Below are positions 53,772 through 64,000 of a stretch of 64,000 nt of DNA, one piece after another. Within the stretch, counting starts at the first letter, position 1. Every line of letters begins with the position of its first letter. The notes beneath the pieces are model-generated. The model made no database searches and was not told the origin of the DNA. It worked only from the letters and a program-made list of their open reading frames with translations. Both the position numbers and the translations under genes were made by a program. The stretch is from an uncultured Phycisphaerales bacterium (GTDB lineage Bacteria; Planctomycetota; Phycisphaerae; Sedimentisphaerales; Anaerobacaceae): assembly GCA_963772725.1 (NCBI GenBank), contig CAVYYI010000001.1, positions 96,001 through 160,000 on the forward strand, in the 5' to 3' direction.

Positions 53772-54957
53772 TTACTCTAATTTTATCCATTTCTTATCAT
53801 CAAATGAATCGGGAGCTTTAATAATGCGAAATGCCGGTTCCTTTTTACTTTTACCGGCTCCAAAGTCTTTGAAACCAAGTTGAATATTTAATTGTGCGAG
53901 CGATCGACATACTTCTTGCACATAACCGTTGGCTTTGTCCAAACAAAGGTATACATCCACCCAGCCCAATCGGTTATTTAGAGGCATTTCATGATGCAAG
54001 TAAGATACAATTTCATCTTCTTCTTCAAGCAACAATGCCGCAGAAAGTGGTTCATTCAAAATCAAAACTTTGTTTGCATCCATAGGAACCTCCGCGTCTT
54101 TACGAGTTGGAAATACTCTCAATCGGCAATTCCTAATTCGGCTGTGAATCTGTTCAATCCCTTTCACGCTAGTACAACGTTTACTTTTTTTATGGAAAAA
54201 ATCAGACCAGGGTCTTCTATCACACGTTAAACCAAAAAGAGCTTCTTCTTTTCTTCCATGCGTTTCTATGTACGAATCAATAATATGTATCTGTTCTAAA
54301 ATGTCTTCTTTGTTACCGTTAATAGTTTTAATTTCGTCTATTATATCTCGCGGGGGAGATAAAGTGTTTATGTATATGCATCTCCGTTCTTTGCCATTTG
54401 CTAAGTAGTCTTTCAATAGTCGATAACCAAATAAACGAAGATAATGCCGAGACGATCCTTCGACACAAATTGAAATACCAGTAGTTAATTGTTTTGAACA
54501 AATATTCTCTAATAAGGAAATCCCTAACAGTTCCTTCTCTATTTGGGGCAGTGGCGCACTCTTCCTATCTTTGCGATCAAGTTTTATCTGAGTAAATTTT
54601 TGCTCAATAGCCTGCCACAAGGATGTAGACATTATAGACTTAATGAAAGAAATAAGAATAATAATTACAGCAAGTAAGAAAAAAATGGTTCCCAAAAGAA
54701 TCATCCAATCGAGTAAATTTTCCATCCAAGAATTAGGAAATAACCGTAGAAGAAGGCTTCCTGCCAATGAGCCTCCCAAACTGATGATAGAAAGCAGAAG
54801 CAAACCAGAGACACCATAAAATAGATTGTTTACTGGCGCCAAATCGTTTATCCCTTAATAGAAAGGTAATTAACGCCAGCATTACGGTAGAACCAAGAAT
54901 TAGATTTCTCGCGATACCCGTCAGCATACTGAGGTGCTCAAGAAGATTGTTTGGCAT
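53772..54957 (-). CDS. Membrane protein with a degenerate RecA/KaiC-like domain (probable frameshift near 54845)
   Basis: N-terminal TM segments; ICVEG (no Walker A lysine), CIYINT, IIDSY; 54733..54957 supplies the probable start. Confidence 0.45.
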
Positions 54958-55528
54958 AATTAGCTCCTTTTTGCTTATTATAGCCTGTCATCAAATACTC
55001 TATTCTTATTTTATTAATGAATATAACACTTTTCAATTGTTTTTACAATAGCACAATATAGTCGATGTATAACTATAATTAAAACAAACACTTATAACAA
55101 AAAAATAAGTGGAGGTTTTGCAAGGTTTTACTTATTCCTCCCGTGATATGGGGTGAGGGTATTCATCTATTTTCAGAAGACATTGCTACCATCCTGCGGA
55201 TATTTGGAAATCGCAACATGGATTGCTCATCGCCTGTTATCCCAAATACAATGTGGTCAAAATCAGGAACCTTGTCGACGACAACATCTCCCCAGGGCAC
55301 TATACAACTGTATTCAACTTTTTAGGATTTGTCTATTGCAATATTTGGCATATTTTATTCAGTGGATTTAGTTTGTTCACATGGGATTTTCTACCAGTGC
55401 TTCCTATTAAAAAAATCCAATGAGAACAAATTTTTGCCTATAAGGCATAGTAAAAAATAGTATATTTATAACATAACTCCATATATAATTGTGGGGCAGA
55501 CAGTGAAAGTTTCCCGGCTTTAGCTTCT

Positions 55529-57645
55529 TTGAAAGAGTTATTCTGTTTTACGGCAATTACTGACATAATGGGAAAGACATTAATAAAATCAGACATGATT
55601 CAGGTAATACGCCTGATTAAAACATGGGCTCAAGACCATAATTTGACCGTCGCTGAAAAAAATCCGGCTAAAACTGATGTTTTGGGCGGCATTAAGAAAT
55701 ACCTTGAGTTCGAGGGTAAAGGCAGGTTTTACACGGTGGTGTGGCAGTGCCAGACTGTGAATGATGATATTGTTTTGAATTTGATACTAAAACCAAAACA
55801 ATATATTACCCTTATTCTTCACGCTTTATTATTTGGAGGACTCTTATATTCTCTACGTTTAATTCAAAACCTTCTCATACAATTCGACTATTCTGAGGTT
55901 TTTCTATTTTTGATGTTGGGTATTTTTTTACTTCTGACGATATGGTGGAAAGATAACCGGCTTTCGTTGAAACTTATCAGAATAGAAAAATCTTTTTGGA
56001 GTCTGGCAGGCCAGACCAATAACCTTTTGCAGCTTACTCGACTTCGAGCCATATCTATACTTATAAATACAGACTGGCCACGGAAATCTCGCTGACTTTT
56101 TGGGCTGTATATATTTGCACGCTAACCTTTGGTATTTGGGGTTTTGTAACCACTACAATCGTATGCTTCCTTGCTATAATCTTAGTAACTGCAGAAACCA
56201 TGCATAATGACGAACCGCAGTGGAGTTGGCGTTTCTGGATAATAAGCAACGTAGTTGCCTGGACTTTTTTAATGGTAGCGATACTTGGGTTATTTGTGGT
56301 TTTGTTTTCAGTGGAGATTTTCGCACCTCTTGAGATTTATAAAAACAAAAGTCCGGGGTCGCTCCTGCACACAATTAAGATGGGCCGGTTTAGAAATATT
56401 GTTCCTGCAACCTCTGAGTTTTTGGAAAGCGATTGTAGAAAATATTTTTACGGGTTAGCCGATAATGATTTTGTTCATCTTGAAAAAGTAGCAGACTCAA
56501 GACCTAAGGAAATAAAACCACAATGGGTTGAAGCAAGGACTCGTACTTATTGTATGGTCTTTTTAGTGATAATGATTGTCGCTGTTTGTTTCTTTTCAAT
56601 CAGGCCCTTATATTCGCTTTTTAAAAAGCAAAATGTTTGCATAGATAAAGTGAATAAACTAGCAGTGCAGCAAGGTCCCTATGTTCCTTATCTGCCGCAG
56701 GCATGGAAATGGGAATTTCCAATTAGTCTACGAACATTAATTGTTACCCACTGGATACTCGGAGGTATATTTAATTTTGCAGTTGCTTTATTGTGCATCG
56801 ATGGTTTGGGCTATCTGTTTGTAAGTCATGCGATTTTTTTTGATAAAACCGCCAATCTATGGTCATGGATATTTACATCGGGTAAGGTCTTATTCGGCGC
56901 TGTTTTTGGCCATATTGCTGGAGGAATTTTTGTAATAGTAGTCAGCCTTCCTTTATTATTTTTACTTATGACGTATCTTCGACGATTTACCTTGATGTTG
57001 TACCTTCTTCTCAGAGTATTGCGCACTTTTCTTAATCGCCGGCATATTACGAACAACAAGCTTATATTTATTAAGGATTACGCTCAGCAGATATGCTTAA
57101 AGCATCACCTTGATACCCCGATAATCGTCCTGATTCCGAAAAGGAACTTTGCATTAAATATTCACTGGCTGCCTGTTATTAAAAGGCCAATAATAGAATT
57201 AACACAAGGCTCAATTGAACTGCTCGAAATCGAAGAATTGAAGGCGGCCATAGCTCATGAACTGGGGCACATAAGGCAGGGTCTCTGGAAAATCAGTACG
57301 CTCAAACTTTTATCATCTCTCGCTTTATTCCCAAATTATTATTTAACGCTATGCGTAGACTGGGCCAGGAAAGAAATAGAAGCAGACAGATTTGCTTTGG
57401 ATGTAACTAAGGATGCACAATCTTTAAAACAGGCGCTGATTAAAATATCAACGGCTCAGCTCTCCTATTCCATATCGCCTAAAAAAGATAATACTTGTTA
57501 TAGGAAAAAGATTCTTCTTAAATTCGCTGAAAAGTTTAATTCTATTCTTGTTTCTGTAAAATTTTTCTTTGGTGATGGATTATTTGGCTATACCCACCCG
57601 TATCTGTCAGAAAGACTAAGGGCAATTGATGCAAACGATATATAA
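55529..57645 (+). CDS. Multi-pass membrane zinc metalloprotease (M48/M56-like), probably one frameshifted gene
   Basis: Many TM helices; ELKAAIAHELGHI, EIEADRFA, THPYLSERL. Confidence 0.65.
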
Positions 57646-58525
57646 GAAAGGAAACGGCATTATGCATATCGAAAAGGATTTGTGGTTAATCGCAGCCAGA
57701 ACTGTAGCAAGAAAATTTATTGCAAGTAATTATTCCGATGAAGCACCGCTATTCGATACATTCTGGCAGGCATTTTCTTTCAAGATAAATGAGGCACTCA
57801 GGGATGGAACCGCCGGCCAATTGACTCTCAAACAAACAAGTCAGACCATTACAGAAATCTCTATCGCAAAAGGATACGCTCTTGACTTAATGACCCCGGT
57901 TATAATAGGCACTATTACCGAAATCATGTATGAGATGAGAACAAGGCGATTATCTGCAAATGAATTAGAAAAGCTCATTGGCTCTGCCGCTGCACACCAG
58001 GGAGCAAAACCCAGCCTAACGGCGTGTCTTATCAGACACCTTCCGCAATTATGCAGCGAACTATCATCCTGTAAAGAAAATGCAAGTGAAGCCGTCATTT
58101 CTAAAGGTCCGGTCTCAAGATATCGAATATGGACGGCCGGCAAAACTATGATTGTTAACAGCATCGATGAATACGAAAAAAATAAGGCAAAATATTTGTT
58201 TTGGATTGACGTTGATGAAAAACCATATATCTCCCGTATAAAGCCCGAACAAAGAATAGGGCCTCAGGCCGTAAAACTGCTTTTATATCTAATTGAAAGG
58301 CTTGGAGCACCTATTCCTAAAGAAACTGTTTTGAGGGATCTCTTTAACGCTAAGAACAGAGATATTAAGGATACTGATATAAATAACATCGAACAGCAAT
58401 TTACCAAGCTCCATCAGTACTGCGGAGGCCAGTTCCGCAAATACCTCTTTGCCAATCATAAAAATGGCTACGGCCTTAAAAACTTTTTTGCTGACAAATA
58501 CTTTATTTATGAAAGATTAAGATAG
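57626..58525 (+). CDS. Putative regulator with C-terminal OmpR-type winged helix
   Basis: KLLLYLIERLGAPIPKETVLRDLF...IEQQFTKL...GYGL. Confidence 0.55.
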   Translation: MMQTIYKKGNGIMHIEKDLWLIAARTVARKFIASNYSDEAPLFDTFWQAFSFKINEALRDGTAGQLTLKQTSQTITEISIAKGYALDLMTPVIIGTITEIMYEMRTRRLSANELEKLIGSAAAHQGAKPSLTACLIRHLPQLCSELSSCKENASEAVISKGPVSRYRIWTAGKTMIVNSIDEYEKNKAKYLFWIDVDEKPYISRIKPEQRIGPQAVKLLLYLIERLGAPIPKETVLRDLFNAKNRDIKDTDINNIEQQFTKLHQYCGGQFRKYLFANHKNGYGLKNFFADKYFIYERLR

Positions 58526-58564
58526 CCTACCTTCCGAATGTCCTGAAGTCATATCCGTGTTCGG

Positions 58565-59167
58565 TCATCTTGCCTTCGGCGACAATACACGGGCACGAAA
58601 CGGCAGACTTACTTCTTCCAATAAATGCTGTGCATCTTTATTGAATGCCTTGATATTTTTGTATTGACTGTTTGAGATTACTTCCAAGCCGCTTTTTTGG
58701 ATTAAATTTGATAGGCACTTTTCTCCATATTTGCAATCCTGATATAAAGTTATAAGCAGCCTGCGCCCTGATTGGTCTTTTTTAGGGCTTTTCAAATCAT
58801 AGCCTTTTTCCCACTGCCTTGGTTTAAGTAACCATGCTTCGCTACGTGCATAACCTAATTGTTTTTTTGCCATGTTCTTATGAAATATTCCCCTTGTGTT
58901 ATATGCAATATATTCAAATAAGGCATCTTGGTCCCATCTATTCCAGTCATATGGTCTTTCCAGCAAGGATTTTCTTTCATTTTCAGGTATAGCATCTATT
59001 TCCTTTGCCACTTCTTCGGCGGTTTGAATCAGAGAATACTTGTCCGGTAAATAGCCGTCTATCAGAGTAGTTTCCATATCTGAAACGATACCGGTGTAAG
59101 TTTGTATTGCCATATAGCATTTAGGATACGAGGGTTTATAAACTTTACCCTTTTTTGCCATTAACAA
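58565..59167 (-). CDS. Hypothetical protein
   Basis: 200-aa ORF only; no family recognised. Confidence 0.5.
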   Translation of the reverse strand: MLMAKKGKVYKPSYPKCYMAIQTYTGIVSDMETTLIDGYLPDKYSLIQTAEEVAKEIDAIPENERKSLLERPYDWNRWDQDALFEYIAYNTRGIFHKNMAKKQLGYARSEAWLLKPRQWEKGYDLKSPKKDQSGRRLLITLYQDCKYGEKCLSNLIQKSGLEVISNSQYKNIKAFNKDAQHLLEEVSLPFRARVLSPKAR

Positions 59168-59565
59168 GTGGTAACTAATATCAGACGCTTCCTAATACCC
59201 TCAACAAGGATTTACAAAAGCTGAACGGCGGGTATGAAAAATTCAGCATCGGTTCAATAGTTTTTTAAGAAAATATATCTTAAGGTATATACATGAATGA
59301 AATTACGAATGCAAAAGTGAAATTTGGTATAGATATCGAAAGGGCAAGAAAATGGAAAAAACGAAATATACAAAAAAGTTGGCTTTTAAGGTGCTATTAA
59401 CTAATGGTGAAAGGCAATCCATAAACAAAATCCCTCCGATTGAACCTCCCCGCTTAAAAACCAAGCCACAAGAATGTCCCTTTGGCAACGATTGGAATTT
59501 TATTTGGCACAGGTTTTTACAAGTACTTTAAACACGGTTCAGGAAAATAAAGAGGTGGATACCAA

Positions 59566-59742
59566 ATGATTAAACGTGGAATAGTAAAAACAATAATTGA
59601 CCTTCTTAGATACTCGGTAAGGAGTATATTTCTGGTTACGATGATTTTCCTGGCTCTTTTTATCTGCTGGTTTTGTTTTCATTTTTTGCTCCAGCTCATG
59701 GATTTTTGTATGTTTCATTATTTTTCAGAAAAATGGTATTAA
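59566..59742 (+). CDS. Small membrane protein, 58 aa (not in the ORF track)
   Basis: GAGGTGG RBS; MIKRGIVKTIIDLLRYSVRSIFLVTMIFLALFICWFCF...; stops 10 nt before the next ATG. Confidence 0.55.
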   Translation: MIKRGIVKTIIDLLRYSVRSIFLVTMIFLALFICWFCFHFLLQLMDFCMFHYFSEKWY

Positions 59743-59752
59743 GGGAAAACTT

Positions 59753-60205
59753 ATGCCGGACAACAACCAAAATAATTTTATAAATGACCTGTTAAACCTG
59801 TACACTACCAGGGTTCACAGGCAAAGCCACAGGCAGCGGGTTTTGGGAACCAACTGCAATAGAACCGTCGATGAAGTCGTTGATGATACTGGAATAGGGC
59901 AAGATAATGAGACAGACAATCGGATTGACGATGGCATATTTATTTTAGATTGCGGCCATCCTGCAAGGAACAACGTTGGCGGGCAATGTCATTATTGCGA
60001 AAGTGTTGTCTGCAGAGGTTGTATTTCAATATGTTCATCCTGCGGCCATGCAATCTGTAATCTCCACAGGGTAATGGCCAACTTCGACGGCGATGTTAAG
60101 CCTTATTGCCGCACCTGCGCTGAAGAAATATACAGAAGCCTGCGGCTTCGGGCATGGGGCAATGCAATTTTATCGTTTTTCATTTCATCGGATAGGAACA
60201 GATAG
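59753..60205 (+). CDS. Cys-rich zinc-binding protein
   Basis: CGH, CHYC, CRGC, CSSC, CNLH, CRTC. Confidence 0.65.
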   Translation: MPDNNQNNFINDLLNLYTTRVHRQSHRQRVLGTNCNRTVDEVVDDTGIGQDNETDNRIDDGIFILDCGHPARNNVGGQCHYCESVVCRGCISICSSCGHAICNLHRVMANFDGDVKPYCRTCAEEIYRSLRLRAWGNAILSFFISSDRNR

Positions 60206-60207
60206 CA

Positions 60208-62190
60208 ATGTTTACAGAAAATCAAAATTTTGACCCAACAGAACTTCTCAGGCGAGCAGCCGAAATAGGTATTACAGGTTCAGATTATTATAAGCTCAGA
60301 ATCCTGTTTGCCAAAGGTTATGACCCAAAAATTTATGCCTCGTTGAATTCGAGTATCTCATTTCGTGAACTCAAACAGTCTCTGAATCAAATGCCGTTTG
60401 AAACTCCCTGCAATATGGAAGGCAATATCGTTCTTGGCCGAAATTCCGGCGGCATTAGCCGTTATCAGTCCCATTACGCTCCTACGCATCTACTCGGTAT
60501 CGGGGCAACCGGCGTCGGCAAAAGTATATTCCTTATATTTTTGTTACTTCAGTATCTGCTTATAGCCAAGGGAATCTGGATTTTCGATTTTGTTAAACGT
60601 GAGCTGCGGGGATTCAAAAGATTAGCAGGCCGGGCTGGCTATAATGTGATTGTTTGCAGGCATGAATGGCTCAGGATTAATATCCTCGACCCTCAGGGTA
60701 CTGACCCATCATTGTATACAAATATTTGTGCAGAGTTTATAACACTATCCCTTGGACTTCCTGCCGTTGCCAAACACATTTTAAAACTCTGCATAACCTA
60801 TCTATATGAAAAATTCGGATTATTTAATAACCCAAAGGCCGACCCTCCAATACTGGCAGAACTTGTAGAGCAGGTACGGCACTTTGAAGGCAATAAGGCG
60901 GCAAAGGATGCCATCCTCATACGTCTGGAGGCATTACTATCCAATAAAAGGCAAATCTTCAGCGTAAGGCGAGGATTCCCTGTAAGTGAACTGGCAAAAA
61001 AGTTCATAGTCTGGGAATTCGACGGTATCGAGATGCAATACCAAACCCTTTTTGTTTCCTACCTGACAAGCATGTTATTTTTACTTAGAGTTTCTAATCC
61101 ATCTAAAGAATTAGTTATCGTTGCCCTCGATGAGGCAAGTCACCTGTATTCCAAAAGGGCCGAATCTGCAGCCGAAGGGCCATCATATATAAATACTATG
61201 ACCAATGTTGTGCGAAAAATGTTTATTGCGTTATTTGTCTTTACCCAGACTTGCTTTGATTTATCGAATTCGATTATCGCAAATAGCGGCATTAAGGTTC
61301 TATTTCGCGTGGGTACTGCCCAGGATTATGAAATTTTCGGCAGGGCAATGGGCCTGAATTCTCAACAGATCCAGTGGTGTAAAACCAATCTTACTGAAGG
61401 AAGCCAGATAATTAAAACAGGTTTTGGCTGGCAGCGGCCTTTCTTAAATAAAAGCCCTCTTATTCACATCCCGGAAGACGTCAGCGATATCGAGGTGAGA
61501 GATAGTGTCCAGCCGTTATTAGACATGATTACTAAACCATCGGCGCCGGTTATATTACTTCCGGCGTCCATATCACAAACTACCAATACCTGTCCTAAAG
61601 AGAGTTTGGCTGCAGACCAGGAGTCTTTGCTTAATCAGCTCAAAGCAAACCCGGATATTACTTCAGCAACCGTACACTACAAAATGGCGGGATTAGGTAC
61701 AAAGCAAGGCACCGCCGCCAAACAATCTTTACTGTCTAAGGGTTATGTAAAGGAAACCCTTCTTGAAAGCGGCAGGCGAGGCAGGGCTGAGCTATTCCTT
61801 GAACCAATAGAAAATGACGCCGGCAGGTTAGGCAGTCGTCTTCACAGGCTACTTCGCCGAAAGGCCCAAACCTGGTATGAGCATAAAAACTGTACTACGG
61901 AAATTGAAAAAAGCCTGACTAACAACGGTCAGCAGGTGTTTATTGACCTGGCAGTTACCTGGCCTGATGGAAGGACTGAGGCGTTGGAGGTTGAAACAGA
62001 GGTAAGCCAGCGGGCTATTGAGAATATAAAGAAAAATCTGGCCATTGGATTTGAAGTTATCTCAATCCTTACCCCCAATCGAAAGACAAGAGACGCCATA
62101 AAAAAGCGTATGGATGGCGAACTATCTAACGGAGATTTAAGCAGGATTAAATTTCCCGCTATGTCGTTTTATGACAAGGACTTAAATTGA
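60208..62190 (+). CDS. HerA/VirB4/FtsK-like ATPase fused to wHTH and PD-(D/E)xK nuclease-like domain
   Basis: Walker A GATGVGKS, Walker B VALDEAS, RK...FTQ; C-terminal IDLAV...ALEVET. Confidence 0.7.
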   Translation: MFTENQNFDPTELLRRAAEIGITGSDYYKLRILFAKGYDPKIYASLNSSISFRELKQSLNQMPFETPCNMEGNIVLGRNSGGISRYQSHYAPTHLLGIGATGVGKSIFLIFLLLQYLLIAKGIWIFDFVKRELRGFKRLAGRAGYNVIVCRHEWLRINILDPQGTDPSLYTNICAEFITLSLGLPAVAKHILKLCITYLYEKFGLFNNPKADPPILAELVEQVRHFEGNKAAKDAILIRLEALLSNKRQIFSVRRGFPVSELAKKFIVWEFDGIEMQYQTLFVSYLTSMLFLLRVSNPSKELVIVALDEASHLYSKRAESAAEGPSYINTMTNVVRKMFIALFVFTQTCFDLSNSIIANSGIKVLFRVGTAQDYEIFGRAMGLNSQQIQWCKTNLTEGSQIIKTGFGWQRPFLNKSPLIHIPEDVSDIEVRDSVQPLLDMITKPSAPVILLPASISQTTNTCPKESLAADQESLLNQLKANPDITSATVHYKMAGLGTKQGTAAKQSLLSKGYVKETLLESGRRGRAELFLEPIENDAGRLGSRLHRLLRRKAQTWYEHKNCTTEIEKSLTNNGQQVFIDLAVTWPDGRTEALEVETEVSQRAIENIKKNLAIGFEVISILTPNRKTRDAIKKRMDGELSNGDLSRIKFPAMSFYDKDLN

Positions 62191-62263
62191 TTTTCTGGTT
62201 TGCTTACATAGCACGGGAAAATAAAAAAAATAGAAAAATAAAACATTTGAAAGGTTTAGACTT

Positions 62264-62479
62264 ATGGGAATTCGATGGAACAATATTTTTGGACTAATGC
62301 TGCTGATTTTTGGGATTTATCTATTTTTGAAAATGCGGCCATTTTTCAAAAATGCCTTCGAGGATATTAACTCAGCCCCCTATCGTCACGGTAGTCCCAT
62401 TTATGGTCTTGCCATTTTAGGCGTTCTCTGCATTACGGTGGTAGCGGTAGTAAAAATCCTATCAGAAAGAAACCGGTAA
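62264..62479 (+). CDS. Small two-TM membrane protein
   Basis: AAAGG RBS; two hydrophobic segments. Confidence 0.6.
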   Translation: MGIRWNNIFGLMLLIFGIYLFLKMRPFFKNAFEDINSAPYRHGSPIYGLAILGVLCITVVAVVKILSERNR

Positions 62480-62510
62480 TTGTTTAAGGCCCGACCAGCC
62501 ATAAAGAGGT

Positions 62511-64000
62511 AAGACTTCTGCAAAATGAATGATTTTTAGCAGAGGTCGGAACGGATAAACAACGCAATGGCAGTGGAACTGATGGATTATTGCAGCATGA
62601 GTGTGAATTTTGGTTTTTTTAAGGCCAGAAGGCCTGTTTAGAGACAGAGTATCCCCGAGAGTTCTGTCTTAGCTCTTTGAAAAGTTAATCGTTCAACGTC
62701 AACTGAGACATCAGCCGGCCTTGCGTCGGTTTGGTATTTGTGCGAATGTTTTATGGCAACGCATTTTCCCGGGCTGTTTAAGCAATATAGCAGCGGCAAC
62801 GCCGATAAGACTTGCCGTCAGATGAGCGATTGTCATCTGATTACGCACGGTTTTCAATGAATAGTGCGTAGTCTGTTCAGCTTCACGGTCTCCTAACCGA
62901 GCAAAGTATTGCTCGACTGATTCTCTTTGCTTGAAAGTTTCCTTAAATTCCCTTGAATCCCTTGGGACACGCGAACGTGCATCTTCAGTGATATCAATGT
63001 ACTTGGTACAGCCGTAGCATTTGCCGGTATTGAAGGATGGAAGGTTTACCGGACAGGTGTTACTAAGTTTTTCAGCAGTCTTTTTGCTGACCTTTAAGGG
63101 GCAGCGAAACTTGATGCGTTCACGATTGCCCTCGGTCCATCTTCCGGTCGACCTCATTTCAAGACCAGCATCACAGATGGGACAGCCGTGAGGGCCAAAA
63201 GTCTTGTCATCTTTCTGATTTCTTGGGTTGATTGGGATATATGGGTTTCCCTTCATCTTTCCAACTATAAAGGTGTACAGGTCTCTGACATCGTAGGCCT
63301 TATCCGCAAGAAACAGAAAGCCTTTTCTGACCCTGTATCTGCGTTTGAGTTCTTTAAGCAGCTTGAAGGCAACCTGCTGGTCTGTGGTGTTGTTTGGCAG
63401 AGTTATTTCAACAAGCGATATTCCTTGTTTTGAGATTATGACATGTGTCCTGTATCCCCAGAAGAACAGCATGTTTTCCTTTTTGCCGTTGAGGACCTGA
63501 CAAGAATAATAGCTCAATGTTGCAGCAGGATTTCGAGTGGGCGTCTTGGTTTTATCGGTGGTGTTTCGGGCGGGATTTTTGAGATTATTTTCTTTTGTGG
63601 CAGCCATAACAGGTTTGGAGTCAATGATCAAGGTATCAAGGCTGACTAATCCCTGTTCGATAAGCCGCTGATTTAGACGGTAATGAATTTCTTTGAGAAC
63701 AGAGTTATCGGTATCTGCCAAGAAACGATAGAATTGGGATTCGTCCGGCATATTCCCGAGCGTAAAGCCGCACAGTTCCAGCAGAGGCGGATTGGCTTGA
63801 AGATATTCGATAAGCTCAGGGACAGATTTTATTTGCTGAAGATGTTTGACGATGAGTGCCTCTCAGGATGGCATGTCGTGAGTGACCTGTTCTGCCGACA
63901 CCGAAGTTTCTGTCGGGCAGAATGGAAATATCGAGAGCCTGAAAGAGATAGAAGTACTTTCGCAGCAGCGATGAATTTCTGACAAGCTCCTGGAGGTCAT
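62511..64000 (-). mobile_element. IS copy 3 (same element as 10797..12450), runs off the window end
   Basis: Starts aagacttctgcaaaatg; same transposase, with a 1-bp insertion near 63858. Confidence 0.9.

Overview
Bacterial window, most likely from a Phycisphaerae/Sedimentisphaerales-type planctomycete (inferred from YYWRIDE modules and dockerin-like C-terminal tails). 1-26 kb: a tandem family of very large secreted modular proteins, an FAD oxidoreductase, two GH16 genes and a hydrolase, interrupted by a tandem IS dimer and two IS982-family elements. 28-31.4 kb holds the most interesting locus: a compact, catalytically intact Cas12f1-like nuclease (479 aa) with no cas1/cas2. It is followed by a ~200-nt structured tracrRNA-like scaffold whose anti-repeat directly abuts the first repeat of a 3-repeat/2-spacer mini-CRISPR array (36-nt repeats, 30-nt spacers), i.e. 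a candidate natural single-guide RNA. A four-helix-bundle gene lies upstream, and a REP-flanked Y1 (RAYT) transposase lies downstream. 31.5-48.4 kb: housekeeping genes (sulfatase, amrS, pdxB, folP, an acetate activation/acetylation cluster, nnrD). 48.5-64 kb: a phased 20/21-bp repeat, an IS21, an AT-rich island (archaeal-like radical SAM, YbaK, HEXXH membrane protease, ATPase-wHTH-nuclease fusion) and a third IS copy. Many single-base frameshifts are probably sequencing errors. All family calls come from motif recognition by eye, not database searches.
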